Positions 26,987 through 36,873 of a stretch of 64,000 nt of DNA are shown here, piece after piece. The notes under the pieces were generated by a model that had not been told where the DNA came from, searched no databases, and saw only the letters and a program-made list of their open reading frames with translations. Made by a program: the position numbers and the translations under genes. The DNA is from an uncultured Desulfobacterales bacterium (lineage in GTDB: Bacteria > Desulfobacterota > Desulfobacteria > Desulfobacterales > JBDRRP01). Position 1 is the first letter of the stretch, and each line of letters opens with the position of its first letter. The stretch is taken from NCBI GenBank assembly GCA_964446485.1, contig CAYUOU010000008.1:2262-66261 (forward strand). The letters run 5' to 3'.

Positions 26987-27514
26987 CCCGCCGCCGGCGT
27001 CTCCAGGACGCATCCAGGCCCAAAAAGCGCCCAAAATCTGTTTTGCACAGTGAAGGCTCACGAAGCGATCCAGCCGGCGAAATCGGCGTTTTACCAACCG
27101 GATCTCCCGGGCCACCATCGTGGTGTCCCCGCAGAATGTGGTGAGGCAGACCTGGGGCTTTGCATCGCCCGGGAAAATGCAGGGGCCGACGCCGTCTTGA
27201 AGAAAGACGCAATCGGCGCTGTAAAGTAGGGGTTCTTTTTCAACGCGGGCGGCCAATTCCTCGGCCAGCTCCGGATGGAGACACAGGATGTACACAAGAT
27301 CGCCTCGGCCAATGATGGTGTCCAGGTGGATGTTGCGGCAGCAGATTCCCTGGCAGGCCGTGGCGCAACTTTCCATCAGCGGCGCAGCCGCGTCGCGCAG
27401 CAGGCTTTCAGCCTGCTTTATTTCCCTGCAGAGGGTAACCAGTTTTTCCCGGTCATCTTGCGCGATGTCGGCGGTGATTTTCCGGGCCTGGCGGAAATCG
27501 TAACGGATAGCCAT
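26960..27514 (-). CDS. cysteine-cluster protein, YkgJ/UPF0153-like
   Basis: 184 aa from the ATG at 27514. It contains CATACQGICC plus further Cys pairs. 27 nt convergent overlap with the ada-like gene. Confidence 0.6.
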   Translation of the reverse strand: MAIRYDFRQARKITADIAQDDREKLVTLCREIKQAESLLRDAAAPLMESCATACQGICCRNIHLDTIIGRGDLVYILCLHPELAEELAARVEKEPLLYSADCVFLQDGVGPCIFPGDAKPQVCLTTFCGDTTMVAREIRLVKRRFRRLDRFVSLHCAKQILGAFWAWMRPGDAGGGSTNGTCLK

Positions 27515-27684
27515 AGTTGCTTGGACGACGGCGGCGCAGTACCCCCTGCGATGGGGCAAGCCGCCGCTCGACAACGATAATGAGGTTGTTCCTTTTCGGT
27601 TTCAGTATTTCCGGGACCATCAATGCTGGGTAACGAATTTTTATGAATTTGACAAGACGCAATGGCCTGACGGGGGCCCGGGGA

Positions 27685-29460
27685 TTAGAAGGGCCATATC
27701 CGGGGTATGAGCAGTGTCCCCATCACGATGACCAGCAGATTCAATGGAATGCCCAATTTAAGGTAGTCTGACGCCCGATACCCGCCGGGGCCATAGACCA
27801 GCAAATTGGTTTGATAACCGATGGGTGTGGCGAAGCAGGCACTGGCGCCGATACACACCCCCACGACAAACGGTTTGGGGTCGACGCCGAGTTGATAGGC
27901 CACAGAAAAGGCGATGGGGAACACCAACACCGCTGTGGCGTTGTTGCTGAGGATCTGGGTGCTCACGCTGGTCAGGGTAATGATGCCCCCCAGAATCACC
28001 GCCGGGGACGCCCCCTGAATCAAGCTCAGAAAGGCTTCGGCGTACAGACGGCTGGTGCCGGTTTTCTCCATGGCCGTGCCCAGGGCAATGGTGCCGGCGA
28101 TGAGGAGAAGGACGCCGCCCTCGAGAGCCCGGTAAGCATCTCGCATTTGCAGGCACCCGCTGGCCACCATGAGAAAACCTGCAGAGAGTGCGGCGATCAT
28201 GATGCCGGCGGCGCCGGTGGTGACGGTCGCGACCATCATGGCAAAAATGCCTATTGCCATCCAGGCTTTCCGCTTGTGCACGATCTCGTGGTGGATGTCC
28301 TCGATAATGATGAAATCGGCTTCGCTGCGCAGCTGGGGTAGCTTTTCGGCCGGGCACCAGACCAGAACAAGGTCACCGGTTTTGAGGCGGGCGTCTCGGA
28401 TTTGCCTTTCCGTAAAATGCAGTCCGCTTCGCTTGATGGCGATGAGGTGAACGTCGGCATTTCGCATCAGGCGGGTTTCCATCAGTCGCTGCCCCCGCAT
28501 CCGGGACTGGGGTGGAATGATGATTTCAATAACAACGGTTTCGCTGCCGCCCACTCCAAATGAGAGCCCTTTTTCGGACATTGGCAGATCCACCGCTTTG
28601 GCATTGAGGATATCCACCAGGTGAACGGCCTGCCCCTTTACCAGCAGGACGTCGTCGGGTGCGATTTTCACCCGGTCTCGGGCAGGGTGATAGATGTGGG
28701 TGTATCGGATCACTTCCAGCACTTCCAGTCCTGGATAGGCCCCGTTGAAGGGGTCGTCGGCGCGTCGCCCCACCAGGGGGCTGCCGGCAGCCACTCGCAA
28801 CTCGGCCAAATATCGCCGGTGATCGCTGTCCCTGACTTCGCAGGTCGGATTGGACAGCGCGGGCATGAGCCGGGGCGCGCTCACCAGCAGCAGGGCAATG
28901 CCGGCCACGGCAATGGGGACCCCCACTTTTGACAATTCAAACATGGTGAGGGCACCGATACCATACCGGGCGCTCAGATCACTGATGATAATGTTGGTCG
29001 ACGTGCCGATGAGGGTACAGGTACCGGCGAGAATGGAAGCATAAGACACCGGGATCAAATACTTGGAAGGACTGAGGCCAAATTCACAGCACATGGCCAT
29101 GACCACCGGAATAAACAGCACAACGACGGGGGTGTTGTTGATAAAAGCAGAGGAAACCGCCACCGCAACGATGATGATGAGCAGCGCCATTCCGGGGCTG
29201 CCGCCTGAATAATGGATCACCCGGCGTCCAATGAATTCAACCGCGCCGGTGCGAACCATGCCTTTGCTAATGATGAACATGGCGCCGACGGTAATGACCG
29301 CCGGATGGGCAAACCCGGACACCGCTTCTTCCGGGGTGAGGATGCCGGCAAGTGCAAGCACCGCCATGATGCCGATGGCGGTGAGATCCAGAGGGATTTT
29401 CTCCGTCACCAGCAAGAACAGGGTTACCACCAGCAATGATGAGACGATCCAGATTTCCAT
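27685..29460 (-). CDS. SLC13/DASS-family anion permease with two central TrkA-C domains
   Basis: 591 aa. Two transmembrane halves flank a soluble region with duplicated TrkA-C-like segments. Confidence 0.88.
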   Translation of the reverse strand: MEIWIVSSLLVVTLFLLVTEKIPLDLTAIGIMAVLALAGILTPEEAVSGFAHPAVITVGAMFIISKGMVRTGAVEFIGRRVIHYSGGSPGMALLIIIVAVAVSSAFINNTPVVVLFIPVVMAMCCEFGLSPSKYLIPVSYASILAGTCTLIGTSTNIIISDLSARYGIGALTMFELSKVGVPIAVAGIALLLVSAPRLMPALSNPTCEVRDSDHRRYLAELRVAAGSPLVGRRADDPFNGAYPGLEVLEVIRYTHIYHPARDRVKIAPDDVLLVKGQAVHLVDILNAKAVDLPMSEKGLSFGVGGSETVVIEIIIPPQSRMRGQRLMETRLMRNADVHLIAIKRSGLHFTERQIRDARLKTGDLVLVWCPAEKLPQLRSEADFIIIEDIHHEIVHKRKAWMAIGIFAMMVATVTTGAAGIMIAALSAGFLMVASGCLQMRDAYRALEGGVLLLIAGTIALGTAMEKTGTSRLYAEAFLSLIQGASPAVILGGIITLTSVSTQILSNNATAVLVFPIAFSVAYQLGVDPKPFVVGVCIGASACFATPIGYQTNLLVYGPGGYRASDYLKLGIPLNLLVIVMGTLLIPRIWPF

Positions 29461-29662
29461 TTAGCGTTCCAGGTGGGTTCAACGATATGTATGACTTATA
29501 TTTTTTGGGTTGGCAACCGGATGCCATTGGCGTAATGGGGGGCGGCAAGCCGGTGCGGCGGCATCATTCAACCCGCCGGCCCCGTCTCCGATGTGACGAT
29601 TCCGGCAATCGCTGTGGAAAGGGCCGGTCCTAAACCGTGGGTTTTATTCAGGGAGTCTCACC

Positions 29663-30091
29663 GTGTCTGAAAAATTTGATTTTTACCAGGACCATTCCAC
29701 GCGGTTTTTGGAAATGGCTTTGACCAACGATTATGCGGAGATGCCGCAAAAGGTCAGCGGATATGGTTTTAAACGCGGAGACTGTGAAGACGCCGTCGAA
29801 ATGACTGTGGTGATTGAAGGCGACACGCTGTCCTGGGTGGCCTCCGGCACCGATGGTTGCCTCAACACCCGTGCCTGTGCCAATTGCGTGGCCCACCTGA
29901 GCATCGGCAAATCCGTCGAAGAGGCGTGGAAAATTACCCCCGAGGGGGTCGCCGAATATCTGGAATCACTGCCGCCGGACCATTTTCACTGTGCCGAGCT
30001 GGCCGTCGGTGCCTTTTACCTGGCGCTGGCCGATTACCAGCGCTCAGGAGGAAAGTCCTGGAAGCGCCTTTATCGATCCAAGCTGAAATAA
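29663..30091 (+). CDS. NifU/IscU N-terminal-like Fe-S scaffold domain protein
   Basis: 142 aa with a GTG start and GGGAG RBS. Cys residues sit in GDCEDAV, GCLNTRACANC and HCAELAV contexts, as in IscU-like proteins. Confidence 0.7.
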   Translation: MSEKFDFYQDHSTRFLEMALTNDYAEMPQKVSGYGFKRGDCEDAVEMTVVIEGDTLSWVASGTDGCLNTRACANCVAHLSIGKSVEEAWKITPEGVAEYLESLPPDHFHCAELAVGAFYLALADYQRSGGKSWKRLYRSKLK

Positions 30092-30259
30092 TCGGTGGGT
30101 TTCAGTAAAAAACGCGTCGCTTTGGATCCCAGCCACCTGCCGCGGCCGGCGGTCGGGGTGCGCCTCGGGTCAGGCGGTAGCGGGGTGAACCCGCTGACAG
30201 CGCGACACCGAATTTCAATGGCCCCCTGGTCCGGGTCTGCGAAGCTGTGGATGCGCTGC

Positions 30260-30784
30260 TTAAGGATCTTCGGAGGATGCTTTTTCCTGGATGTCCCTGA
30301 AAAGTTGCTGGAACTCCGCATTGCCGGGGTCGGCGTCAAGGGCCATCTGTCCCCAGTAGACGGCCTGGCCCCATTCTTCCATCTTGCGGTAGTTTTCGGC
30401 CATGACATAGAGAATCAATTTGCGGGGCACCTTGAGTTGCTTTTTGGGCAGCTGAAGCAGCTTGTTGAGGTCACTGATGGCGTCATCGTGCCGGCCGCGA
30501 ACCGAATAGCAGCTTGCACGTCCGATCATGCTCTCTTCATCCAGCGGGTTGACGGCCAAAGCGCGACTGTATTGGATGACGGCCTTCTCGAGGTTGCCCT
30601 CCACCTCATGGATTTTCCCCAGGTAGAAATAGGGCGTGTCCCCGTCATCGTGTCGATACCGGGGATCCATGTCAATCACTGCCTGGAACGCTTTTACCGC
30701 CGCGATGCCATCGGGCTTGTGAAAGCAGTGACGGCCGCGTTCAAACCATTCGGAGATGGACAACGCTTCACCACGATCGTTCAT
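30260..30784 (-). CDS. tetratricopeptide-repeat protein
   Basis: TPR-like repeats (AVKAFQAVIDMDP..., YFYLGKIHEVEGNLEKAVIQYSRALAVNP...). The ATG at 30784 has a GGGGGG SD, so it is preferred over 30835. Confidence 0.75.
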   Translation of the reverse strand: MNDRGEALSISEWFERGRHCFHKPDGIAAVKAFQAVIDMDPRYRHDDGDTPYFYLGKIHEVEGNLEKAVIQYSRALAVNPLDEESMIGRASCYSVRGRHDDAISDLNKLLQLPKKQLKVPRKLILYVMAENYRKMEEWGQAVYWGQMALDADPGNAEFQQLFRDIQEKASSEDP

Positions 30785-30937
30785 TTGTTCCCCCCAAGGC
30801 TGAAATACCGAGGTGATACTATCAAGGGGGAGCATTGGGGGTCAAGTGCGCGCTTGACCCTCATTCCAACGGTATTAACATCATCAGGGTGACCGGTGGC
30901 CGGATAATCGAGTCAACCTCTATCATGGTGAACGGCG

Positions 30938-31615
30938 ATGATCGTATTGGTGGTGTTCCTTGTCCTGTCGGTAATTTTTGGACCCCACCTGTGGGCGAAA
31001 CGGGTGATGCACCGCTACGGCCGAGATGAGTACTTTTCCGGAAGCGGTATCGATCTGGCAAGATTGCTCATCGACCGGATGGCGCTTACCGGCGTCCGCG
31101 TGGAGGAAACCCTCTCCGGCGATCACTATGACCCTGTGGAAAAGGTTGTCCGCCTCTCACCCGAACGATGCGGTCGGCGGTCATTGACCGCCGTCGTCGT
31201 GGCCGCCCATGAAGTGGGGCACGCGCTTCAGGACCATACGAATTACGCCCCGCTGGCCGCCCGAAATCTAATGGTCACCCTTGCCGCTCGTATAGAGCGG
31301 ATTGGCGCTGCAATCATCCTGGTCATCCCCCTGGTGACGGCCTTGATGCGCATCCCCGCCGCCGGTCTAATTTTGGCGGCGGCAGGATTTGCGACCTTGT
31401 GCATTCCGGTGGTGGTGCACCTGCTGACATTGCCCACCGAGTTCGATGCCAGCTTCAACCGCGCGCTGCCCGTGTTGGCTGCCGGTGGATACATCCCCCG
31501 TGAAGACACCCCGGCGGCGCGCAAGATCCTCACTGCCTGTGCGTTGACCTACATTTCCACAGCGCTCATGAGTTTGCTGAACGTCTGGCGGTGGATCCGC
31601 ATTTTAAGAAGATGA
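30938..31615 (+). CDS. membrane zinc metallopeptidase (Zn_peptidase_2 / YugP-like)
   Basis: 225 aa with an N-terminal TM, HEVGHALQD zinc motif and C-terminal TM segments. Confidence 0.85.
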   Translation: MIVLVVFLVLSVIFGPHLWAKRVMHRYGRDEYFSGSGIDLARLLIDRMALTGVRVEETLSGDHYDPVEKVVRLSPERCGRRSLTAVVVAAHEVGHALQDHTNYAPLAARNLMVTLAARIERIGAAIILVIPLVTALMRIPAAGLILAAAGFATLCIPVVVHLLTLPTEFDASFNRALPVLAAGGYIPREDTPAARKILTACALTYISTALMSLLNVWRWIRILRR

Positions 31616-31712
31616 CGGCCCTTCACACTGCAAGGCCGTTATCAACCGTGGCGCCTCAAGCGGCTGCCCGTGATTGTTAAATACGGATCCACAGAAAGCA
31701 GGTGTGGAGGCA

Positions 31713-32153
31713 TCAGTGAAACTGACGAATGAAGCTGTCAGCAGGGGTAAATGGCGTTGATGGCAAACCGATTTCCTTGGCCACACGTCCGGGAACGGCG
31801 ATCCCGGATTCATACTCGGCATAGTTTGCGAAAGTGCGACCGTCGATGCGTACTTTCATCCCGGTAACCGGTGCTTTTATCGGGACAACGGCCTCCACGC
31901 CGCGAAGGCAGTGGCCAAGTTCGGTAAAACCCAGTTTTTGTGCCTCATGGCCTAAATCCAGCTCAAGGATATTCCTGGAGCCTTTTTGGATATCCTCTTT
32001 GTAGGTCTCACCCATGCGTGTGATGATTTCCGTCAATTGTGTGTCCATGCGGATGCTCTTTTCGATATGTGTCAGGTAGAAGACGGCGTGCGGTAGATAA
32101 ATTAACCCTACGCAAACGCCGTCGGCATTTTTGTTAAGAACCATGCCAACCAT
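31713..32153 (-). CDS. hypothetical protein
   Basis: 146 aa ORF with protein-like composition. I recognise no family, and the start is uncertain (32153, 32144 or 32048). Confidence 0.45.
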   Translation of the reverse strand: MVGMVLNKNADGVCVGLIYLPHAVFYLTHIEKSIRMDTQLTEIITRMGETYKEDIQKGSRNILELDLGHEAQKLGFTELGHCLRGVEAVVPIKAPVTGMKVRIDGRTFANYAEYESGIAVPGRVAKEIGLPSTPFTPADSFIRQFH

Positions 32154-32279
32154 AAAAATGGGATACGGAAAGGCAAGAAGGGATCAATAATGATAAATTA
32201 ATGGGTATAAACTCCCATTAACCCCTCCCCTCGAACCTGTGCCGCCGACCGAAACCCTGAGCAGAAAGCGTGAACTGCC

Positions 32280-32771
32280 GTGACAGAGGATGAACGGAGC
32301 CGTACCCAGAAAAAAAAAGCAGATCGTGAACTTCGGGAACTGGGAGAAGCGCTGACATCGCTTTCACCGGAGAACCTTACGAGGATGGATCTTCCTGAGG
32401 CCCTGCGGTCTGCCGTGGCGTTTTATCACCAAATTCCCAGTCTCAGTGCCCGGCGGCGCCAATGGAAAACTCTCGGTGCCCTGCTTCGCGGGATGGACCG
32501 CGCCCCAATCCGGGCGGCCTTGGAGAATGTTCAGCGGGGGGACCGCGCCCGGGCCCGTCGGCACCACCATATTGAACAGTGGCGGGATGCGCTGAAATCG
32601 GGCCAGACGGATGTGATCGAAGAAATTCTCAGGGCGTGCCCTACCGCTGAACGGCAGCGGTTGAGCCAGTTGGCGCGAAATGCCGCCAAAGAAGCCGCTG
32701 CCGGGGCCGGGGTCAAGGCATCCCGCACCCTGTTTCGTTATCTCAACGATAGGTTGGAGGACGCGGTGTAG
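32280..32771 (+). CDS. darP: ribosome-associated protein DarP/YjgA (DUF615)
   Basis: 163 aa. RTQKKKADRELRELGEALTSLSPENLTRMDLPEALRSAV...ARRRQWKTLGALLR matches the YjgA pattern. GTG start. Confidence 0.8.
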   Translation: MTEDERSRTQKKKADRELRELGEALTSLSPENLTRMDLPEALRSAVAFYHQIPSLSARRRQWKTLGALLRGMDRAPIRAALENVQRGDRARARRHHHIEQWRDALKSGQTDVIEEILRACPTAERQRLSQLARNAAKEAAAGAGVKASRTLFRYLNDRLEDAV

Positions 32772-32800
32772 CGGTAAGCGGCGCGGTTGGCCCACCCCCA

Positions 32801-33886
32801 TCAGTCACCATCGCGATGGGCGTCGAAATATTCCAGAAGTGAAGACATGGCCGATACCTCGTCACGCTGTGATAGCCAGCGCCGGGCTTCCACCACCGCC
32901 TCGTATTCCGCTTCGCTCATCAACAAATGCTCTTTGCGGGTTCCCGAGTCATTGATGTTGATGGCGGGCCACACGCGCTGTTCGGCGCATTTTCTGCTCA
33001 GTACCAGATCCATGTTCCCCGTGCCTTTGAACTCCTGATAAATGATGTCGTCCATTCGGCTGCCGGTATCGATAAGGATCGTGGCGATCACGGTGAGCGA
33101 CCCGCCGTCTTCAATGTTGCGGGCGGCTCCGAAGATCCGCCGGGGGATTTCGAGTGCATTGGCGGCAATCCCGCCGCTCATCGTGCGACCGTAGCTTCGG
33201 GTGTCTGCATTGAAGGCTCGGGCCATCCGGGTCAAGGAGTCAATCAGAACCATGGCGTCTTGACCGGCCTCGGCGCATCGGATGGCGATGTTCATGGCAA
33301 AGCGGGCGATCCGCTTGTGCTGCGTGATGCCCTGGTCGGCCGATGAGTGCAGCACACATGCGCCTTCCATGGATCGCTTGAAGTCGGTGACTTCTTCCGG
33401 GCGCTCATCCACCAGCAACACGTAAACCTGTGTTTCAGGGTGGTTGGCCAAGATGGATCCCGCCATGTGCTTCAGGATTGTCGTCTTTCCGGTTTTCGGT
33501 GGAGAGATCACCAGGCCGCGCTGACCGCGCCCCACCGGAACGATCCAGTCCAAAGCTCGCCCTATGAGATCATCGGGCCCACGGCTCATTCGCAATCGCG
33601 ATAGCGGATCGATGCTGGTCCCGTCCTGGAGCGCGCGCACACTGCGGTGACGCTCAGGCGAAGCGCCGTTGACCGTATCGATTCGTGACAGCTTGAGATT
33701 TGTGTTCTTCCCACGGCCCTTCGTGCCGGCACCCTGGATGGATGCGCCCTCGGCGAGGCCCCATTTTTTGATAAACTGGGCCGGCACGAAAGGGTCATCG
33801 GATGAAGGGCGCAGGTTGTCCTCGATGCTACGGAGAAATCCGTAACCCTTATCAAAAACTTCAAGATATCCGCTTATTGGTGTCAC
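32801..33886 (-). CDS. rho: transcription termination factor Rho-like, lacking the N-terminal helix bundle
   Basis: 361 aa. It begins at the CSD-like OB fold (GYLEVFDKGYGFLR). Walker A PPKTGKTT, then VDERPEEV, and the full C-terminal ATPase aligns with E. coli Rho. The only in-frame start is the GTG at 33886. Confidence 0.88.
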   Translation of the reverse strand: MTPISGYLEVFDKGYGFLRSIEDNLRPSSDDPFVPAQFIKKWGLAEGASIQGAGTKGRGKNTNLKLSRIDTVNGASPERHRSVRALQDGTSIDPLSRLRMSRGPDDLIGRALDWIVPVGRGQRGLVISPPKTGKTTILKHMAGSILANHPETQVYVLLVDERPEEVTDFKRSMEGACVLHSSADQGITQHKRIARFAMNIAIRCAEAGQDAMVLIDSLTRMARAFNADTRSYGRTMSGGIAANALEIPRRIFGAARNIEDGGSLTVIATILIDTGSRMDDIIYQEFKGTGNMDLVLSRKCAEQRVWPAININDSGTRKEHLLMSEAEYEAVVEARRWLSQRDEVSAMSSLLEYFDAHRDGD

Positions 33887-34245
33887 GGCACGGCTTTTGA
33901 GAGGGATGATAGTGGATATTGGGGTGATGGGTGACCCAAACAGTGACGCACAAGGAGCCTAACACAACCCGCCGCCTCGCGTCCACTGCCAGTTTGTAGA
34001 CGGAACCCAGAGGGTATGCTACATTTTTGCAGCTTTTGCCCCATTGCGCCGGACGACGATGCTGGCTACCATAGCCCCAACGTCGTCAACAGGCAATCCA
34101 GTCGGTGCCCATGTTGGCTTTTTAAGGAAAGCAGGTGGTGATGATATCGCTTACCGCGACGTATATCGTCTTTTCGACGATTCTGGTGATCTACGGCGCC
34201 CAGGTCTGACCGTTTCTGGACGGCCTCGGGTATACAAAGGCCGCA

Positions 34246-35604
34246 ATGAATACGTTTGGCCCCATGTTTTGCATCCTTCCCTTTCGATATGCGGTCCAAC
34301 GAAAGGAGCAGCGCGTTCTCGCCCTGACGCCGCCGGACGGTTCCCAACTGGTGCAACTGCCCGGCAGGGCATTCAAGGCGGACCTAACTTCCTGGACAGC
34401 CATCGGGTTGCTCATGCTGGTGGTCTATTACAGCCAGTACTCCCCTCACCTTAGCACGGGGATCAAGATTGCCGTTTCCTGCCTTGGTTTTGGTTTGTTT
34501 GCCGGCATGATTCACTATCTGGATGCGGAACATCGTCTCATCGAAGCTCTCGAAAAAACCCCTGTCCAAGCCTTTGCAGCAGGTTTCGAAGTCTCGGTCA
34601 GTCGAAAGATCACAATCATGATGGTGATCATGCTGGCGACCATATCCCTGTCCATTCTCCTGATGATGACCTACGATGTTTACTACCTCCTTGAGCACCG
34701 AGAAATGGGCGGTGCGCCCATGTACTGGAGTGTTTTCAAGGAGATCGTATTTGCTTTTGTCGTGTTGGTGGGGGTCAGTCTTGTCATCATCCGACGTTTT
34801 ACAAGAAATCTCCGGCGGACCATTTCCAATCAACTGGCGGTTATGGAAGATATCAGCCACGGGCATCTGGAGAAACGCGTGCCGGTACAAAGCAACGATG
34901 AGTTCGCCATTTTCGCCCAGAAGACCAACGAGATGATTCAGGGACTGCAGGACCGGGACTTCTGCCGGGCGAGTTTTGACAAGTACGTTTCCCCGGAAGT
35001 CAGTAGAAAAATCCTTGAAGATAAAATCTCGCCCAGGGGTGAATTATACGATGTCACCATTCTCTTCTGCGATCTGCGCGGTTACACCGGCTTTGTGGAG
35101 CGCAGAGACCCGGTGGCCGTTGTGGATTTCATGAACCGTTATTTTTCCGAGATGGAGGGGATCATCCACGATCACCATGGGCTGGTGTTGCAGTACATCG
35201 GTGACGAGATCGAGGCGGTCTTTGGCGCACCGGAACCCCTCGACCGTCACCCGGACCGGGCGGTGGCCGCGGCCAGGGCAATGCGGGCGGCACTGGCCCG
35301 CATGAACGAAGCCATCAGGGCGGCGGGTGGCGACATCGTGGCCCATGGGATCGGCATCCATTCGGGAACCGTACTGGCAGGAGACGTGGGCAGTGAGCGG
35401 CGGAAGGTCTACGCCATGGTCGGCGACACCGTCAATACGGCATCGCGGCTTCAAGTCCTCAACAAAACCTGCGGCACGGATATTCTCATCAGCCGCAGCA
35501 GCGTTGATCGCCTCACCGGGGACCGGAGCTTTCTTGAAAGCCTTGGGACTTTTCCCATCAAAGGCAAAAGAGAAGCGGTGGAGGTTTTCACCATCATCTC
35601 TTGA
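34246..35604 (+). CDS. membrane-bound class III adenylate/guanylate cyclase with HAMP domain
   Basis: At least 4 TM segments, a HAMP linker, and the cyclase core ILFCDLRGYT...QYIGDEIEAVFGAP...GTVLAGDVGS..YAMVGDTVNTASRL. The N-terminus is uncertain (see the in-frame TGA finding). Confidence 0.88.
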   Translation: MNTFGPMFCILPFRYAVQRKEQRVLALTPPDGSQLVQLPGRAFKADLTSWTAIGLLMLVVYYSQYSPHLSTGIKIAVSCLGFGLFAGMIHYLDAEHRLIEALEKTPVQAFAAGFEVSVSRKITIMMVIMLATISLSILLMMTYDVYYLLEHREMGGAPMYWSVFKEIVFAFVVLVGVSLVIIRRFTRNLRRTISNQLAVMEDISHGHLEKRVPVQSNDEFAIFAQKTNEMIQGLQDRDFCRASFDKYVSPEVSRKILEDKISPRGELYDVTILFCDLRGYTGFVERRDPVAVVDFMNRYFSEMEGIIHDHHGLVLQYIGDEIEAVFGAPEPLDRHPDRAVAAARAMRAALARMNEAIRAAGGDIVAHGIGIHSGTVLAGDVGSERRKVYAMVGDTVNTASRLQVLNKTCGTDILISRSSVDRLTGDRSFLESLGTFPIKGKREAVEVFTIIS

Positions 35605-35809
35605 GTGGCAAGGGCGTCGGCGTACCGGCGACGGCGGCCACCACAGCCTAAAAGCGCTTTTCCAATCGGCAAAATGCGATACAGCCTTCTATGCCGACGA
35701 AATGCTCAAAGGCATTGTCTGCGCAGGGGTCTCGGTTGCTTTTATGCCCCCGCCCCATTACCTTACCGATGACGATGAATGAATTGACTGCTTTTCTTAA
35801 GGAGCTGCC

Positions 35810-36289
35810 ATGCTGGGACGGTTGAAACAGTTTTTTGACAAACGCGCCAACGACGGTTCCGGGTCACCGTCATCAAGATCAACTGACGACATTCTGGTGG
35901 CGGTCTGCGCGCTTTTTGTTGAGATGGCGCGTATCGATGACGCTTTCACCGTGGAGGAGATGGAGACCATCATCGAGATGCTCATCGATCAGTATGCCCT
36001 GCCCCGGGAGAATGCCCAGGACATCGTTGCGGCGGCGGGCAAGGCCCTCAAAGAGAGCGTCGACCTCTGGCAGTTTGCCCGGCAGATCAATGAGAATTAC
36101 ACTATTTCCGACAAGCTCGACCTCGTGGACATGTTGTGGCGTATGGTCTACCTGGATGGGCATATGGATGCCCACGAGCATTACCTCATGGGCAAGCTCA
36201 AGAACCTGCTGCGCCTTGACCAAGACCAACTGATCGCATCAAAATTGAAAATTAAGGCCGAATTGTCTGATAACAGCACTGGCGCATAG
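35810..36289 (+). CDS. TerB-family (tellurite-resistance-like) protein
   Basis: 159 aa with AAGGAG RBS. Contains ILVAVCALFVEMARIDDAFTVEEMETI...MLWRMVYLDGHMDAHEHYLMGKL. Confidence 0.8.
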   Translation: MLGRLKQFFDKRANDGSGSPSSRSTDDILVAVCALFVEMARIDDAFTVEEMETIIEMLIDQYALPRENAQDIVAAAGKALKESVDLWQFARQINENYTISDKLDLVDMLWRMVYLDGHMDAHEHYLMGKLKNLLRLDQDQLIASKLKIKAELSDNSTGA

Positions 36290-36330
36290 GCGTTGGCCGG
36301 CACAACAAATCGAATGCAAAGGAGATCAAG

Positions 36331-36528
36331 ATGGCCGAGAAAACCTTAAAGAAAGTCTGTTCCTGCGTCAACTGTGGAAACGAGGCCGAAATGGTAGTCA
36401 CTTGCACCTTGGAAGAGGTTGAATCTTCGCCGGCGCCCGGAACGAAAGTAAAAGGTCACGGTGTCTGTACCACGTGCGGCAATGAGGCCGACATGTGGAT
36501 CGATGCGGATGAACTCTCCGGCGTTTGA
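36331..36528 (+). CDS. small zinc-ribbon protein
   Basis: 65 aa with a strong RBS (AAAGGAG). Two CxxC pairs (CVNCGNEAEM / CTTCGNEADM) form an internal repeat. Confidence 0.65.
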   Translation: MAEKTLKKVCSCVNCGNEAEMVVTCTLEEVESSPAPGTKVKGHGVCTTCGNEADMWIDADELSGV

Positions 36529-36582
36529 CGCGGCTGCGCGCCGCACACGCCCCTTCGGCAACCCCATTCCCCGAGGTTAGCC

Positions 36583-36678
36583 ATGCACCCTCCATCCTTC
36601 ATTGAAGGCTATGAGACGGAGTTCGGCGGTCATCTCATCGCGTTGTGTCCCGACGGCGATCGTATTTCGACCGGATGA
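36583..36678 (+). CDS. possible 31-codon ORF
   Basis: ATG at 36583 with GAGG 7 nt upstream, MHPPSFIEGYETEFGGHLIALCPDGDRISTG. There is no supporting similarity. Confidence 0.2.
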   Translation: MHPPSFIEGYETEFGGHLIALCPDGDRISTG

Positions 36679-36873
36679 GCTGGACAGGAAGGTCGGCGGC
36701 TGCAAAATACTCGCCGCAGCCCCTCTTTGCGGTATCTTTGCTTCGCTGCGACAAGCTATTGGGAATGGGCTCGCCGTCTGGTTCGAGCCATCCGTGAGAG
36801 ATCACCGCGGCCATTTTACAAAAGAATTACAAGCCGGGCGCCGGCCCTTCAGCGCCTCGGGAATGGAACCGCC

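Noticed and set aside
34207-34240. Possibility that the in-frame TGA in the cyclase encodes selenocysteine.
   Set aside because: Only a 4 bp stem (CCGT/ACGG) follows the codon, and there is no SECIS-like extended hairpin. The cyclase N-terminal region has no known Sec-containing relatives.
36780-36789. GGTTCGAGCC, a tRNA T-loop-like string. The whole window was also scanned by eye for tRNA, rRNA and CRISPR signatures.
   Set aside because: The flanking bases do not form a T-stem or acceptor stem. No cloverleaf, rRNA-like conserved block or regularly spaced repeats were found anywhere in the window.
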